A DNA stretch of 64,000 nt from an uncultured Clostridium sp. (lineage in GTDB: Bacteria > Bacillota > Clostridia > TANB77 > CAG-508). Below, in pieces: positions 39,736 through 50,287 of the stretch. The notes under the pieces are model-generated. The model was given only the letters and a program-made list of their open reading frames with translations. It was not told the origin of the DNA and made no database searches. The position numbers were made by a program, and so were the translations under genes. Every line of letters begins with the position of its first letter. Within the stretch, counting starts at the first letter, position 1. The DNA lies in contig CANSII010000004.1 in the NCBI GenBank assembly GCA_947646915.1, positions 3,214-67,213 on the forward strand, in the 5' to 3' direction.

Positions 39736-40074
39736 TTATATAGATAACACATCTTTAATTGCATCTCCAATTATTTTATTAACATCAGACAACATAGTAT
39801 TAAACTTTGTTTCAGTCTCAAAAAATCTCTTTGCATCTTGATTTTCCAATAGCTCAATATATAACTGTTGCATTCTTTGATTTTTTTCATCATTAGCCTT
39901 CCCTGTTTGCATTATTTCAATTTGAGCATCATATCTAGCTTTCTCAAATTCACTTATTTTCTTTTTCAATTCAGAATTTAAATCTAAAACTTCTTTAGCC
40001 ATTTTATAATTTACATATTCCTCAGATTGTTTAATCTCCATAGCCAATTTATTTGCTGTATCATATACATTCAT
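39736..40074 (-). CDS. YlbF/YmcA-family regulatory protein (UPF0342-like)
   Basis: 112 aa, all-helical. The N-terminus MNVYDTANKLAMEIKQSEEYVNYKMAKE and overall pattern are typical of the YlbF family. Confidence 0.65.
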   Translation of the reverse strand: MNVYDTANKLAMEIKQSEEYVNYKMAKEVLDLNSELKKKISEFEKARYDAQIEIMQTGKANDEKNQRMQQLYIELLENQDAKRFFETETKFNTMLSDVNKIIGDAIKDVLSI

Positions 40075-40110
40075 ACACTTAACCTCTAATTTCTAATAAA
40101 ACTTATTAAA

Positions 40111-40252
40111 GATGAATAATATTAATTTGAAAAAATGAGTTCGACCTGAGTCGTTCTTCACTTTAACCAGTTTTAGTGTGTCTCTAAATCAAATTGTTCA
40201 GTATCTTAAACGCCTTGAAGAACGGAATTTTTAAAAATTCATATTATTCAGC
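40111..40252 (+). repeat. Intergenic core-hairpin repeat, copy 13 (complete, P-like arms)
   Basis: GATGAATAATATTAATTTGAAAAAATGAGTTCGACCTGAGTCG...TTTTAGTGTGTCTCTAAATC...TTCAGTATCTTAAACGCCTTGAAGAACGGAATTTTTAAAAATTCATATTATTCAGC. Confidence 0.85.
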
Positions 40253-40262
40253 TTATATATGA

Positions 40263-41312
40263 TTAATTAAAATTTACATTTGCATTAGTAGGGCAAATAT
40301 TAACCCAAGTATTACCATCATTAACATCAATTTCATTACCATCTAAATCCACATATTTTGTCTGTAAATTTCTAGCTTCTTTAGTACACTTAATCTTGAT
40401 AGCCTTACCATTTGTAATATAATAACCATTAAAAGTACCAATATTTTTCAAACCTTGTCTACCAACATTATCAGCATCATTTAAATTGTAATTATCACAA
40501 AATGTAATTATTATATTTTTAGTTGTTACTGCATAGCCTGTGTCCCAATCATTTTGAGATTTATTTCTTGCATATCTTTTATAAACTTTATTTTCTTCAT
40601 CATATTCATATCTAACTTTTTGTAATGTAGAATGTGGTATAGTTACTGTAGTAGCAGATTGACCCTCTTCTAATTTAACTTCATCTGTAACATAATTTAA
40701 TATACTTTCTTTATTTGATGTTGTTTTATATCCTTTAGATTTTGCAGATTTTAATAATGCTTCTGTACTTGTTACTGCATTATGTGGTGCAGATTTATCT
40801 TTTACTCTCCAAAATACAGATGTACTTTCTGATATACCATTAATATTATTTATACCATAGCTTGAAATATCACTTTGAGCTAGGGGACTCCATCCATAAT
40901 GTGCATATATTGCATCATTTTCCATTACATAATCTATAAAATAATGTCTTGAACTACGTACTGGTCCAATTTTGTCAACATTTTGTCCTTTAAATAATGC
41001 CATTAATCTTGTTTCTCCGCCTTCTACAATTATTTCATATACCATATATGCTTTATTTAATCCTGCTTGTGGCCATGCCAAATTATGATTGTCTATCATT
41101 ACTGCAATTGGTCTATCATTTCCCTTGAAGATGTTAATCTTTTTTTCTTCTATTTCTGCTGTTAAAATGTTTTCTACATTTTCATTTTCTGATACTTCTT
41201 GTGTTTCACTTTTATCTTTATTTTTAATTATCTTGTATGCCATTAATCCTCCTGCAATTAATATTAATATTATTAATATAATAACTAAAAATTTAGTTCC
41301 TTTGTTTTCCAT
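40263..41312 (-). CDS. DUF3048-family (YerB-like) membrane-anchored protein
   Basis: 349 aa with an N-terminal TM. RPIAVMIDNHNLAWPQAGLNKAYMVYEIIVEGGETRLMALF is typical of DUF3048. Confidence 0.7.
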   Translation of the reverse strand: MENKGTKFLVIILIILILIAGGLMAYKIIKNKDKSETQEVSENENVENILTAEIEEKKINIFKGNDRPIAVMIDNHNLAWPQAGLNKAYMVYEIIVEGGETRLMALFKGQNVDKIGPVRSSRHYFIDYVMENDAIYAHYGWSPLAQSDISSYGINNINGISESTSVFWRVKDKSAPHNAVTSTEALLKSAKSKGYKTTSNKESILNYVTDEVKLEEGQSATTVTIPHSTLQKVRYEYDEENKVYKRYARNKSQNDWDTGYAVTTKNIIITFCDNYNLNDADNVGRQGLKNIGTFNGYYITNGKAIKIKCTKEARNLQTKYVDLDGNEIDVNDGNTWVNICPTNANVNFN

Positions 41313-41396
41313 AATTAACCTCTTTCCTGTACATAAATCTAAGGGTACTGAATGTTAGTGATCAATCTCTAACTTCCAACATCCAAACTCTAAATT

Positions 41397-41870
41397 TTAA
41401 TCTCTTGTAATACTTAAACTGTCTAGTATTATTTCTTCTTTTTCTCTCATTATAAGCTTGTCCTCTTCTATAATATGGTCATAACCCATTAAATGATAAA
41501 AACCATGTACTAACATATAACTTAATTCTCTTTCAAAACTATGTCCATATTCATTTGCTTGTTCTTCAACTTTTTGTATTGATATTATAATATCACCTAA
41601 AACATCTTCATGTTGAAAATCTTTGTCTTCTATTATCTTTTCTAATTCTTGTTTTTCAAACATTGGAAAAGATAATACATCTGTTTCTTTATCTATTTTC
41701 CTATACTCATTATTTATTTTTCTTATTTCTTTTGGTGTTGTTAATGTCACTGTAATTATTAATTTTGATTGTGATATTCCTTCTTGTTCATAACATTTTT
41801 CTAGGACTTTCTTTATTGTTTCTTCATATTCGTTTTTTTCTTCTAATTCTAAATATGTAATCTCATACAT
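41397..41870 (-). CDS. ybeY: rRNA maturation RNase YbeY
   Basis: 157 aa. Zinc motif HGFYHLMGYDH. Confidence 0.93.
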   Translation of the reverse strand: MYEITYLELEEKNEYEETIKKVLEKCYEQEGISQSKLIITVTLTTPKEIRKINNEYRKIDKETDVLSFPMFEKQELEKIIEDKDFQHEDVLGDIIISIQKVEEQANEYGHSFERELSYMLVHGFYHLMGYDHIIEEDKLIMREKEEIILDSLSITRD

Positions 41871-43090
41871 TATGCACTCACCTTGTTTTCTTTTAATATA
41901 TAACCTTTATATTTTCCTTCTGATTTGTATTGATTTTTTAGTTCTTTTATTGCTCCATAATCGACTAATTTTCTTTTATAGTATGTTAATATTTTTGAAT
42001 AATCATATTTCGTATTTCTTATTTTTTCTATATCATTTTTCATAAATAATACTTCTTTTTGTTTTTTATATTCTAAAAAGTTCTCATCTTTTAATTTACC
42101 TATTTTCTTATACTTGTCCCAAAATTTTTTATATGAATCTCTTTCTTTTGTGTTTTCCCAATATACTTTTGTTGATAGTAATCTAACATTGTAATCTTCT
42201 ATTAAACTAATTAACATTTCATATGCTTTTTCCCTTTTTGTAGCTATTTTTGTATCTTGTACTAACCCTCTTGCATCTTTTAATAGTTTTTCATAACATT
42301 GTTCTGCAACTACTAATGGTACACTATGTGTAAATAGTTTTCTGCTTATTCCTAATAATATCATGTTTTTTTCTATATTATCTTTAATGTCTAATTTTCC
42401 TACTGTGTATGCTTCAAATTTTTCATAATCATCTACTATATCTGTAAATTCTTCTTTTGGTTCTATCTTCATTTTCATTGATAATATGTTTTGTATATAT
42501 TCTTCTAATGTATAGAATATTTTTACATATATCCATTCTTTTGTTGAATCGTACACATTTGTAGTGTCTGCTAATTTTATTGAGTAATTTTTTAGTATTG
42601 ATTTATATAATGTGTCCATTTTGTCAATATAAAAATTATTGTATTTTTCTTTTATTTTTTCTTTTGCATTTATTTCTATACTTTCTTTGTCTAATTCTAG
42701 CAAGTATTTTTGTTTTCTATATTTATAGTCCATGTATTCTTTTTCTTTTAGACTTGTTACTTCATAATATCTTGCTAGTGCATCTTTTTCAAATTCTGTT
42801 GCTGTATCGTTTTTTACTTTTTTATATATTGTGTCCATAACATATTTGTCTAGTGTCTCTAAATATGCTATATATGCTGTATCATATTTTTTTTCTATTT
42901 CTTTTGTATTGTATTCTTCTGTTTCTTTTTTGTAGTTTTCATATATTTTTATTAGGTTGTTTCTTTTTATTGTTATTAACATTCCATTAATTCCAATTTT
43001 TGTTGGAATTAATATTTTTGTTAGTGTTTTTGTGATTTTGTTAAAAAATGTTGTGTTTGTTCCTGTAATTTTTAAACTTTTTTCTTCCAT
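41870..43090 (-). CDS. hypothetical K/E/Y-rich helical protein
   Basis: 406-aa ORF. Its stop overlaps the ybeY start, suggesting translational coupling. No recognisable motif. Confidence 0.5.
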   Translation of the reverse strand: MEEKSLKITGTNTTFFNKITKTLTKILIPTKIGINGMLITIKRNNLIKIYENYKKETEEYNTKEIEKKYDTAYIAYLETLDKYVMDTIYKKVKNDTATEFEKDALARYYEVTSLKEKEYMDYKYRKQKYLLELDKESIEINAKEKIKEKYNNFYIDKMDTLYKSILKNYSIKLADTTNVYDSTKEWIYVKIFYTLEEYIQNILSMKMKIEPKEEFTDIVDDYEKFEAYTVGKLDIKDNIEKNMILLGISRKLFTHSVPLVVAEQCYEKLLKDARGLVQDTKIATKREKAYEMLISLIEDYNVRLLSTKVYWENTKERDSYKKFWDKYKKIGKLKDENFLEYKKQKEVLFMKNDIEKIRNTKYDYSKILTYYKRKLVDYGAIKELKNQYKSEGKYKGYILKENKVSA

Positions 43091-43149
43091 ACTTTTATCG
43101 CTCCGTTCATTATTTTCAAAAATTTTTCAAAAACTTCTTTTATTTATTT

Positions 43150-44331
43150 TTAAAAAACTATTTTTTCATTTATGCCTATGTTTTCAAGTACTTCATATGT
43201 AACAGAAATTTCTATTCCATTTTCCTTTTCATTTGTATTTATTATTTTATTTACAATTTTTTCTTTATCTTCTATCTCATTATTTAGCTCTTCCTCTAGT
43301 TCTTTTATCCCTATGCTTTTTGCTTTTTCTAAATCTTCAATTTTTTCCTCTTTTATTTCTTTATTTGTAATTTTTACTAGAGAAATTGGTAAATAAAAAT
43401 CTGAAAATAATTTAAAATTTTTTTCTGTGTTTATTGTATCATAAATTTCAAATTTTGAAAGCTTTTTTGATAAATTTATTTCAAAATTATTTATTTTTAT
43501 TTTGTATTTGTTTTCAGAATTTCCTGTTTCTATCCTTTCCGTAGCATTATATGGTATTAACCTATTTTTTGTATGCCATACTTTTGCTTCTATTTCTCCT
43601 TTTGCATGTACATATCTAATTCCTGTAAACTTTCCTTCCATCCATCCATTTATTAATGAAGTTCCTACATTTACTGTGTCACCTGCTTTAACTGCTAATG
43701 TTCCATTTTGTGCATTAATTTTTGTTATAATTCCTGCCTTATCTGAAACTATATTGCAATAATCTTCTTCATCTATAATTTGAGGTTTTTCCTGTGCTTT
43801 TACTACCTTTACTATTGCATTTGTTCCTTTAAGTTCAATTCCCATCCACGCTATATCTTTTCTTTCTAATCTTATTCTATTTATTATTTCTTTTGTATTT
43901 ATTTTTGCTTTTAATACTCCTGTTTCTAATCCTGATTTCTTAATATCTTGATTAATATTTTCTAACTGTTCCCCATTTTCCTCTATTATTTCTACATTCC
44001 ATATGAAATTTGATGATATTCCTAACATAATTATTATAACAATTAATAGTCCAAAAAATATTTTTCTTTTCTTATATCTATTAAACAAAAATGGCATACC
44101 TTTTTTGCTTAATATTTTTATTCTACATTTTGATTGTTTTGCAATTTTTGTTATCTTTTTTAGATCTTTTATTCCTATATTTAATTTTAATTTAACATTT
44201 TTTTCTCTTTTTAAATTCCATATTGCTATTTTATTATTTCTACACATGTTTATAAATCTCTCTATATAATAGCCTTCTACAGATATTCTTAAATATCCAA
44301 TTATATAATTAATTATTATTTTAATTAACAT
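43150..44331 (-). CDS. yqfD: sporulation protein YqfD
   Basis: 393 aa with one central TM. Follows yqfC as in other endospore formers; N-terminal pattern YLRISVEGYYIERFIN. Confidence 0.85.
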   Translation of the reverse strand: MLIKIIINYIIGYLRISVEGYYIERFINMCRNNKIAIWNLKREKNVKLKLNIGIKDLKKITKIAKQSKCRIKILSKKGMPFLFNRYKKRKIFFGLLIVIIIMLGISSNFIWNVEIIEENGEQLENINQDIKKSGLETGVLKAKINTKEIINRIRLERKDIAWMGIELKGTNAIVKVVKAQEKPQIIDEEDYCNIVSDKAGIITKINAQNGTLAVKAGDTVNVGTSLINGWMEGKFTGIRYVHAKGEIEAKVWHTKNRLIPYNATERIETGNSENKYKIKINNFEINLSKKLSKFEIYDTINTEKNFKLFSDFYLPISLVKITNKEIKEEKIEDLEKAKSIGIKELEEELNNEIEDKEKIVNKIINTNEKENGIEISVTYEVLENIGINEKIVF

Positions 44332-44352
44332 GATTTTCCCCTTTATTTTTGC

Positions 44353-44637
44353 TTAATCAAAACTTCTCTCTATATCAATACTTTCTATTTTTCCAGTTAC
44401 TTTAATGTCATCATTTGTCATATTTTCTAATTTTAACTCAAATCCGTTTATATTTATTATACCTAGCTCTGTATTAATTCTTATATAATAATCTTCATAT
44501 TCCAATATACCTTTAAAATTTTCTATTATTGTTTCATTAAATCCTGTTATCGTTATTTTTGGTACATTTGAATATACTTCTTGTGGCATTTCCAAAAGTC
44601 TATCAATTTTAGAAATTGAATTCCTTTTTTTCTTCAT
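44353..44637 (-). CDS. yqfC: sporulation protein YqfC
   Basis: 94 aa. Pattern PKITITGFNETIIENFKGILEYEDYYIRINT is typical of YqfC. Confidence 0.85.
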   Translation of the reverse strand: MKKKRNSISKIDRLLEMPQEVYSNVPKITITGFNETIIENFKGILEYEDYYIRINTELGIININGFELKLENMTNDDIKVTGKIESIDIERSFD

Positions 44638-44715
44638 ATTTTTTCACCTTTTCCTTAATCGTAATAAAACTTAATTGTGACAAAAAAGGGACGCCCCTAT
44701 TGTCACATTTTCATG

Positions 44716-45534
44716 TTACTTAAATTCATCTAGTGATTTAAATTCATATCCCATATTTTTAACTTCTCTTATTACTTCTCCTAATATGTTTGTATTTGTT
44801 TCTGATTTTCCATGTAATAACATTATTTCTCCATTATGTATATTGTCTATTATTTTTTTCTTTGCTATTGAATTTTCTAATTGCTTTTTTTCGTTCCAAT
44901 CTTCATATGCAAATGACCACATTACTGTTTTATATCCTAATGATTGTGTTACATTTAATGATATTTCACTGTATTCTCCCATTGGTGGTCTCATATATTT
45001 CATTTCATATTGAAATTTTTCATATATTGCTTTATGTAAATCCATTATTTCTGCATTTATTTGCTGTTCTGTTAATGTTGGCATACTTTTATGATTTACG
45101 GTATGATTTCCTACAATATGTCCTTCATCAATCATTCTCTTTACTAAATCTGGCTCTGTATTTAAATAATGTGCTGTTATAAAAAATGTTGCTGTTACAT
45201 TATTTTCTTTTAATGTATCTAATATTTTAGGTGTATATCCAGCCTCATAGCCCTCATCAAATGTTAAATAAATAAATTTATCTTTATTATTTCCCATAGC
45301 AATTCCATTATATTTTTCTAATATTGTTTTATTAGTTTTTCCTAAGTCTGGTTGTTCATGATTATCATTCCTTTTTATTCCCCAGCCAATTTTTTTATTA
45401 CTAAGTCCTTGTGAACTTGTTAATATTGTTTCTTCTGTATTTTTGTTATTTATTATTGTTAGTGTAAATATTATTAACATTATTACTAAAATTTTCATCA
45501 TATTGGGCAAACATTTCTTTAAATTAATTGTCAT
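44716..45534 (-). CDS. polysaccharide deacetylase (PdaA-like, NodB fold)
   Basis: 272 aa with an N-terminal TM. NodB motifs TFDEGY and GNHTVNH. Confidence 0.85.
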   Translation of the reverse strand: MTINLKKCLPNMMKILVIMLIIFTLTIINNKNTEETILTSSQGLSNKKIGWGIKRNDNHEQPDLGKTNKTILEKYNGIAMGNNKDKFIYLTFDEGYEAGYTPKILDTLKENNVTATFFITAHYLNTEPDLVKRMIDEGHIVGNHTVNHKSMPTLTEQQINAEIMDLHKAIYEKFQYEMKYMRPPMGEYSEISLNVTQSLGYKTVMWSFAYEDWNEKKQLENSIAKKKIIDNIHNGEIMLLHGKSETNTNILGEVIREVKNMGYEFKSLDEFK

Positions 45535-45710
45535 TCCTTATCAATCCTTCCATTTTTCCTTTTTATTTTGTTTAATTTTATGAATTTAAAATTAAAGTTA
45601 TTACTCTATTATTAAAAACGTTTTTTGAAATTTAAAATGAGACATACTTTTAAATTTTTACAAAAAAATAATCAAATAGTAAGCAAAACTACTTGATTAT
45701 TTTAATATAT

Positions 45711-48700
45711 TTATAAATATTTTTTTAATATATCTTGTTTTCTTTTATTTATATCTACTAATTCATTCTCTAATTCTTCTATTTTCAAATTTATTTTTTC
45801 TACTTTATTAACAAATTGACTTTGAATATCTAAACTTGGCAATAATATTTCTTCTTCTTTAATCATAGGTACTGTTAGTTGTTGTATAACTTTTCCATTT
45901 CCTTTAATATTTGTATTATTTAGAAGAATTTCTAAATATTTTTTGTTTACTTCTTTTTCATTTGGAATTATTACAATTAATCTAACTGCTGGATAAAATG
46001 GTGCTTTTCTTAATTTGCTATATCCTATTGTTCCTCTTGCAGATATAGTAATGGCATCTTCATTTACTCTACTTTTATTGGTATATCCTAATAGTGATTT
46101 TTCTCCACTACCATTTGCATATATAGGTATAGAATAATTTTCTGTAATTATTGTTGAGAATTCATTTTTTGGAATATCCCCTCCTGCAAATATATCTTTA
46201 GAAATATTTTTAAGCTTTTTCCTCTTTCCTAATTTATTAAGTTCTTTAAATATTTTTACAATTTCTTTTCTATATTCTTCTATACTCATACAAATTGAAT
46301 TATATTTCTCATCTATTTTTATACATTCTTCAACTATTTTGTTCTGTATATTAATAGGTGGAACTGGAATTCTTACACTTTCTTTTAGATATTTACTATT
46401 TAGACTTTTTCCAAATGCTTTATTACCAACATTGTGTAAATCTATCATGTTTCCTGAAAATAATGCAAATAAATATTCATTTGTAATATTTCCATCAATT
46501 GGTATTAGTGCTGCAATAGCTTCATTTGTATATAAATCAGCCCCTGCTATTGCTGTCTTTCCTATAGATAATTTAAAACTTAATAAGGTTGTTCCTTTTG
46601 GAATTAATTTAACATTTGATTTTTTAACTGCCTCATCAGTTATTTTTTCCTTTGTATCTGTTATTACTTGTCCCTTCATTTCTGCAATTGATACCCATAA
46701 ATTATTTCCTCTAAAATATTCAACATTAGATCTTGATGGTGTTCCTCCAATTCTAATGTCAACAACATTGCCTAAAGGCAAAATAGGATATTTGCTTTTT
46801 ATTTCTATCCTTTTTGATATATTTGTTTTTATAGATTTATCAAATTCAAATGTTGTAAAATCAATCATATCTTTTAAATTAGCATATTTATAGTATTTAT
46901 CTAATTTGTCTATATTTCTTATTTCCCCATTATATGAACTTCTAATTAATCCTGCTAGTGTATTTTCATTATATCTATTTTTATCATCATATAGCATTCC
47001 ACCTGGATTATTAATTACTATTCCTTCGTTTCCTTTTCTATGGCTCCAGTCATATCCTAAAAACTTCTTTTTTTCGCTATTCTCACTAGGTGAAGTAATA
47101 ATTAAAACTATTTGTTTATAAACCATTGCAAAATATATAATTTTTTCTCTTTCTTTTAATTTAACAAAATCATAAAAATTCTGATTTAGCCATTCATTTT
47201 GTTCATCTATTGTCAAATTTTTAAATGATGATTGTTTTTTCTTATTTTTTATTTTATTTAATTCATTGAACGCTTGAATATAACTTCTAAAATATTCATT
47301 ACTTTCATAGTATTTGTAATCTTCTTTTTCAGTTACAAACTTATTATATGTTTCTTTATCAACATTTATTTTTTCTAAATATGAATTATATATTTCTTCA
47401 TCTTCCCAATCTGAATTTATATTATTTGACAAAATAGCTTCTGCACTATCTTGAACTAAGTTATATCTTATAGGTGATTGTTCCATTTTTTCTAAAAACA
47501 TTACTACTGTATTGGTTCCTGTCTCTCCAAATGTTTTACTTTCAAAACATGTAATTGCTCGTATATAGAAATTTTTTAGTATTTCTTCTCTAGCCCCTAT
47601 ATAACTGCTCGAATTATTACTTAAAATAGATGATGGCAATATTACTGCTACTATACCTTTAGGCTTAACTAATTGTGATATTCTTTCAATAAATAATATT
47701 TCTATTTCTGAGCCATCATTTGATATTTTGTCAAACAAATTAAATTTATTATTTTTTAATTGTAAATGACTTTTAAAAGAACTAACTGCATATGGTGGAT
47801 TTGCAACTAATATATCAAATGTATTTGGTATAATTCCTTTGTCTGGATAATTTTCTAGTCCATCTCCAAATATTATATTTGTGTTTCCTGCTCCATTCAT
47901 AAACATTGAAACTTTTGAAACTCTTGCTAACCTATAATCTTTTTCTATTCCATAAATATGTTCATTAACCCATGAATTATTGGAAACTTTTTCATTATTA
48001 ATATGTTCATAATAGCTATTAATTGCTTCTATTCCTTCTGTTAAAAAATGTCCTGCTCCACAAGCATAGTCTATTACTCTCGGAAAAACTGAATTATTAT
48101 CTTTTCTTATTACTCTTTCTATTGGTAAGCTATCCCAAATAAAACGTGTTATTGGTATTGGTGTAAAAAATTGACCTTCATTTTGTTTAAAGCCTTTATT
48201 TAATAATTGTTCAAATAAATCTCCTAAAAATTGATGTTTACTTGTATATACTATTTTATATTCTTGAAACAGATTAACCATTTCTACTAATATTTTACCA
48301 TTTTGATAAAATAGTTCTTCATTGTGGACATCTTTAAAAGAAAAATCATTATTTGAGTAAAATTTAAGTATGCGAATTGTTTTATTTAGTTCTTCTATTG
48401 CTTTTTTTCTTTCTTGTCCTGTATATTGTATAAAGAGTTTTTCTGCATAGTCATTTTCAACATAAAAGATTTCTTCTTTCATAAAATCTTGCATACCTTT
48501 TTGATGCAAACGTTGTAGACGATCTTGTAAAGTTTCATATGTATCTGTTCCTTGTTTATATTGAAAATCCATAATATCATCATCATTTTTACTTATTTCA
48601 TCAACTAATTTACAAATAAATAATGCAATTAATTTATTGAACGCATTTTCCTTGTCACTAACATTGTTATGCCTTAGTATTTCTTCAAATTTATTAACTA

Positions 48701-49451
48701 TTTTATCACTGGGATTAAAATCATCTAAATCTGATTTTTGCTTCGGTTTAATTCCTATATTATACGCTACTGTTTTATCTGAAAATATCAAATCATCATA
48801 AAATTGTCTTTGATATGTTTCTTTCCATACTTGATATTTTTTATTTACAGTATCAGCCATTTCATATAATAATATAGTACTATCTTTTTTCGACAACTCT
48901 TTTATATTAGCATCATCTTTGCAACTAATTACTGGGCATTTATGTATAATTCTACCATCTTTAAAATCTGAAAAATATAATGCTAACCATTTTGTTGATG
49001 CTTCTTGTTGCCAATAGGAAAATAATTGTGCTCCATCATTAAAAGTATCTTTATAAGCTTTTTGGTACTCTCTACCTGCTTTTTTACATTCAATTATAAA
49101 CAAAACTTCTGTTTTGCTTTCATTATAAACACAAATATCACACCTTCCACCTTTTTGATTATGTCCTAAATTCCATTGTTTTTCAAGTTCTATATGCTCT
49201 GGTCTATATCCCTTCGTTAATAATTTATTTATACATTCAAAAACAACAAAATTTTCTGGTTTAAATGCTGTATTATTTCTATTTCCTATAACTTCATTTG
49301 GATATATCAATTTTTTATTCTTAAAATCTACTTTCATATAACAATTGAAATCTGGATAAAATTTCTCAAAAATATCTTTTTTCTTAGTAAATTCCATTTC
49401 TCTTAATACTTCTTCTAAATTTTCTGTTGTTATCACTTTATTTCTCCTCAT
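45711..49451 (-). CDS. single-chain restriction-modification-specificity enzyme (type IIB/IIG-like: PD-ExK nuclease + N6-adenine methyltransferase + two HsdS-type TRDs)
   Basis: 1246 aa. Nuclease-like RCDICVY...FIIECKK, methyltransferase motif I VIDYACGAGHFL, motif IV LVANPPYAV. Two C-terminal TRD-like segments (LGNVVDIRIGGTPSR..., LKNISKDIFAGGDIPKN...) separated by coiled spacers. Confidence 0.8.
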   Translation of the reverse strand: MRRNKVITTENLEEVLREMEFTKKKDIFEKFYPDFNCYMKVDFKNKKLIYPNEVIGNRNNTAFKPENFVVFECINKLLTKGYRPEHIELEKQWNLGHNQKGGRCDICVYNESKTEVLFIIECKKAGREYQKAYKDTFNDGAQLFSYWQQEASTKWLALYFSDFKDGRIIHKCPVISCKDDANIKELSKKDSTILLYEMADTVNKKYQVWKETYQRQFYDDLIFSDKTVAYNIGIKPKQKSDLDDFNPSDKIVNKFEEILRHNNVSDKENAFNKLIALFICKLVDEISKNDDDIMDFQYKQGTDTYETLQDRLQRLHQKGMQDFMKEEIFYVENDYAEKLFIQYTGQERKKAIEELNKTIRILKFYSNNDFSFKDVHNEELFYQNGKILVEMVNLFQEYKIVYTSKHQFLGDLFEQLLNKGFKQNEGQFFTPIPITRFIWDSLPIERVIRKDNNSVFPRVIDYACGAGHFLTEGIEAINSYYEHINNEKVSNNSWVNEHIYGIEKDYRLARVSKVSMFMNGAGNTNIIFGDGLENYPDKGIIPNTFDILVANPPYAVSSFKSHLQLKNNKFNLFDKISNDGSEIEILFIERISQLVKPKGIVAVILPSSILSNNSSSYIGAREEILKNFYIRAITCFESKTFGETGTNTVVMFLEKMEQSPIRYNLVQDSAEAILSNNINSDWEDEEIYNSYLEKINVDKETYNKFVTEKEDYKYYESNEYFRSYIQAFNELNKIKNKKKQSSFKNLTIDEQNEWLNQNFYDFVKLKEREKIIYFAMVYKQIVLIITSPSENSEKKKFLGYDWSHRKGNEGIVINNPGGMLYDDKNRYNENTLAGLIRSSYNGEIRNIDKLDKYYKYANLKDMIDFTTFEFDKSIKTNISKRIEIKSKYPILPLGNVVDIRIGGTPSRSNVEYFRGNNLWVSIAEMKGQVITDTKEKITDEAVKKSNVKLIPKGTTLLSFKLSIGKTAIAGADLYTNEAIAALIPIDGNITNEYLFALFSGNMIDLHNVGNKAFGKSLNSKYLKESVRIPVPPINIQNKIVEECIKIDEKYNSICMSIEEYRKEIVKIFKELNKLGKRKKLKNISKDIFAGGDIPKNEFSTIITENYSIPIYANGSGEKSLLGYTNKSRVNEDAITISARGTIGYSKLRKAPFYPAVRLIVIIPNEKEVNKKYLEILLNNTNIKGNGKVIQQLTVPMIKEEEILLPSLDIQSQFVNKVEKINLKIEELENELVDINKRKQDILKKYL

Positions 49452-49699
49452 TATTAAATTTTTCTATTATTCTATTGTTAAATTCTTCTATTGCATTTTT
49501 AAAATCAATCATTGTCTTTCCTCCACTTTTTATTAACTGATTATTAGTATAGCATAAATTATTTGGATTTACTATATTTTAGAAAAAACAATCTCTATTA
49601 TTCCTTTTTATTTTGTTTAATTTCAACATTTAAAATCAAAAAAGAGATACTAATTTATTATTGTATCTCTTTCTTTCCTATATATTATAATTTGTATAA

Positions 49700-50188
49700 T
49701 TAATTTCCACCTAATGCTATTATATAAATTGTTTTTGTTTTTTCATCTAAATATATTTTACTAATGGATGCCTCCTCAATATATTTAGATTCTATTATTT
49801 TTATGTTCATTATTTTTTTCCATTGATAATTTATATTATTTGGATTAACTTTTATTTCAAAGTTCTCTAAATCTTCAAATTCTACTTGATTAATAAATTC
49901 TTCATATGCTTTATCTGTTAATTCTGCTAATATGTCTAATTGATATATAGTAGGTCCTATGCTTCTTTCACTATACAAGTTTTTAGAAATATAATATATA
50001 TAATTACATTCTGGAAAATTATAAAATAATTCATAAATATTATCTTTATTTGTTTTTATCTCAGATTCATTTCTGTTAATTGTTTGTTTTTCTTTATTTT
50101 TTAATAGATTTGTTGTAACTATACAACCTAATCCTAGAATAATTAAAATTGAGATTATTTTTATAATAACTTTTTTATTCATTTTCAC
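49700..50188 (-). CDS. hypothetical membrane-anchored protein
   Basis: 162 aa with an N-terminal hydrophobic anchor. No motif recognised. Confidence 0.45.
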   Translation of the reverse strand: MKMNKKVIIKIISILIILGLGCIVTTNLLKNKEKQTINRNESEIKTNKDNIYELFYNFPECNYIYYISKNLYSERSIGPTIYQLDILAELTDKAYEEFINQVEFEDLENFEIKVNPNNINYQWKKIMNIKIIESKYIEEASISKIYLDEKTKTIYIIALGGN

Positions 50189-50287
50189 TATCCTTACTCA
50201 AAAATAACTTATGTAAGTGTTTATTTTACCTCTTTATCAACTTTAACTTTGTGTAATCTTCTAACAAGACATTTCACAATTTAACCT

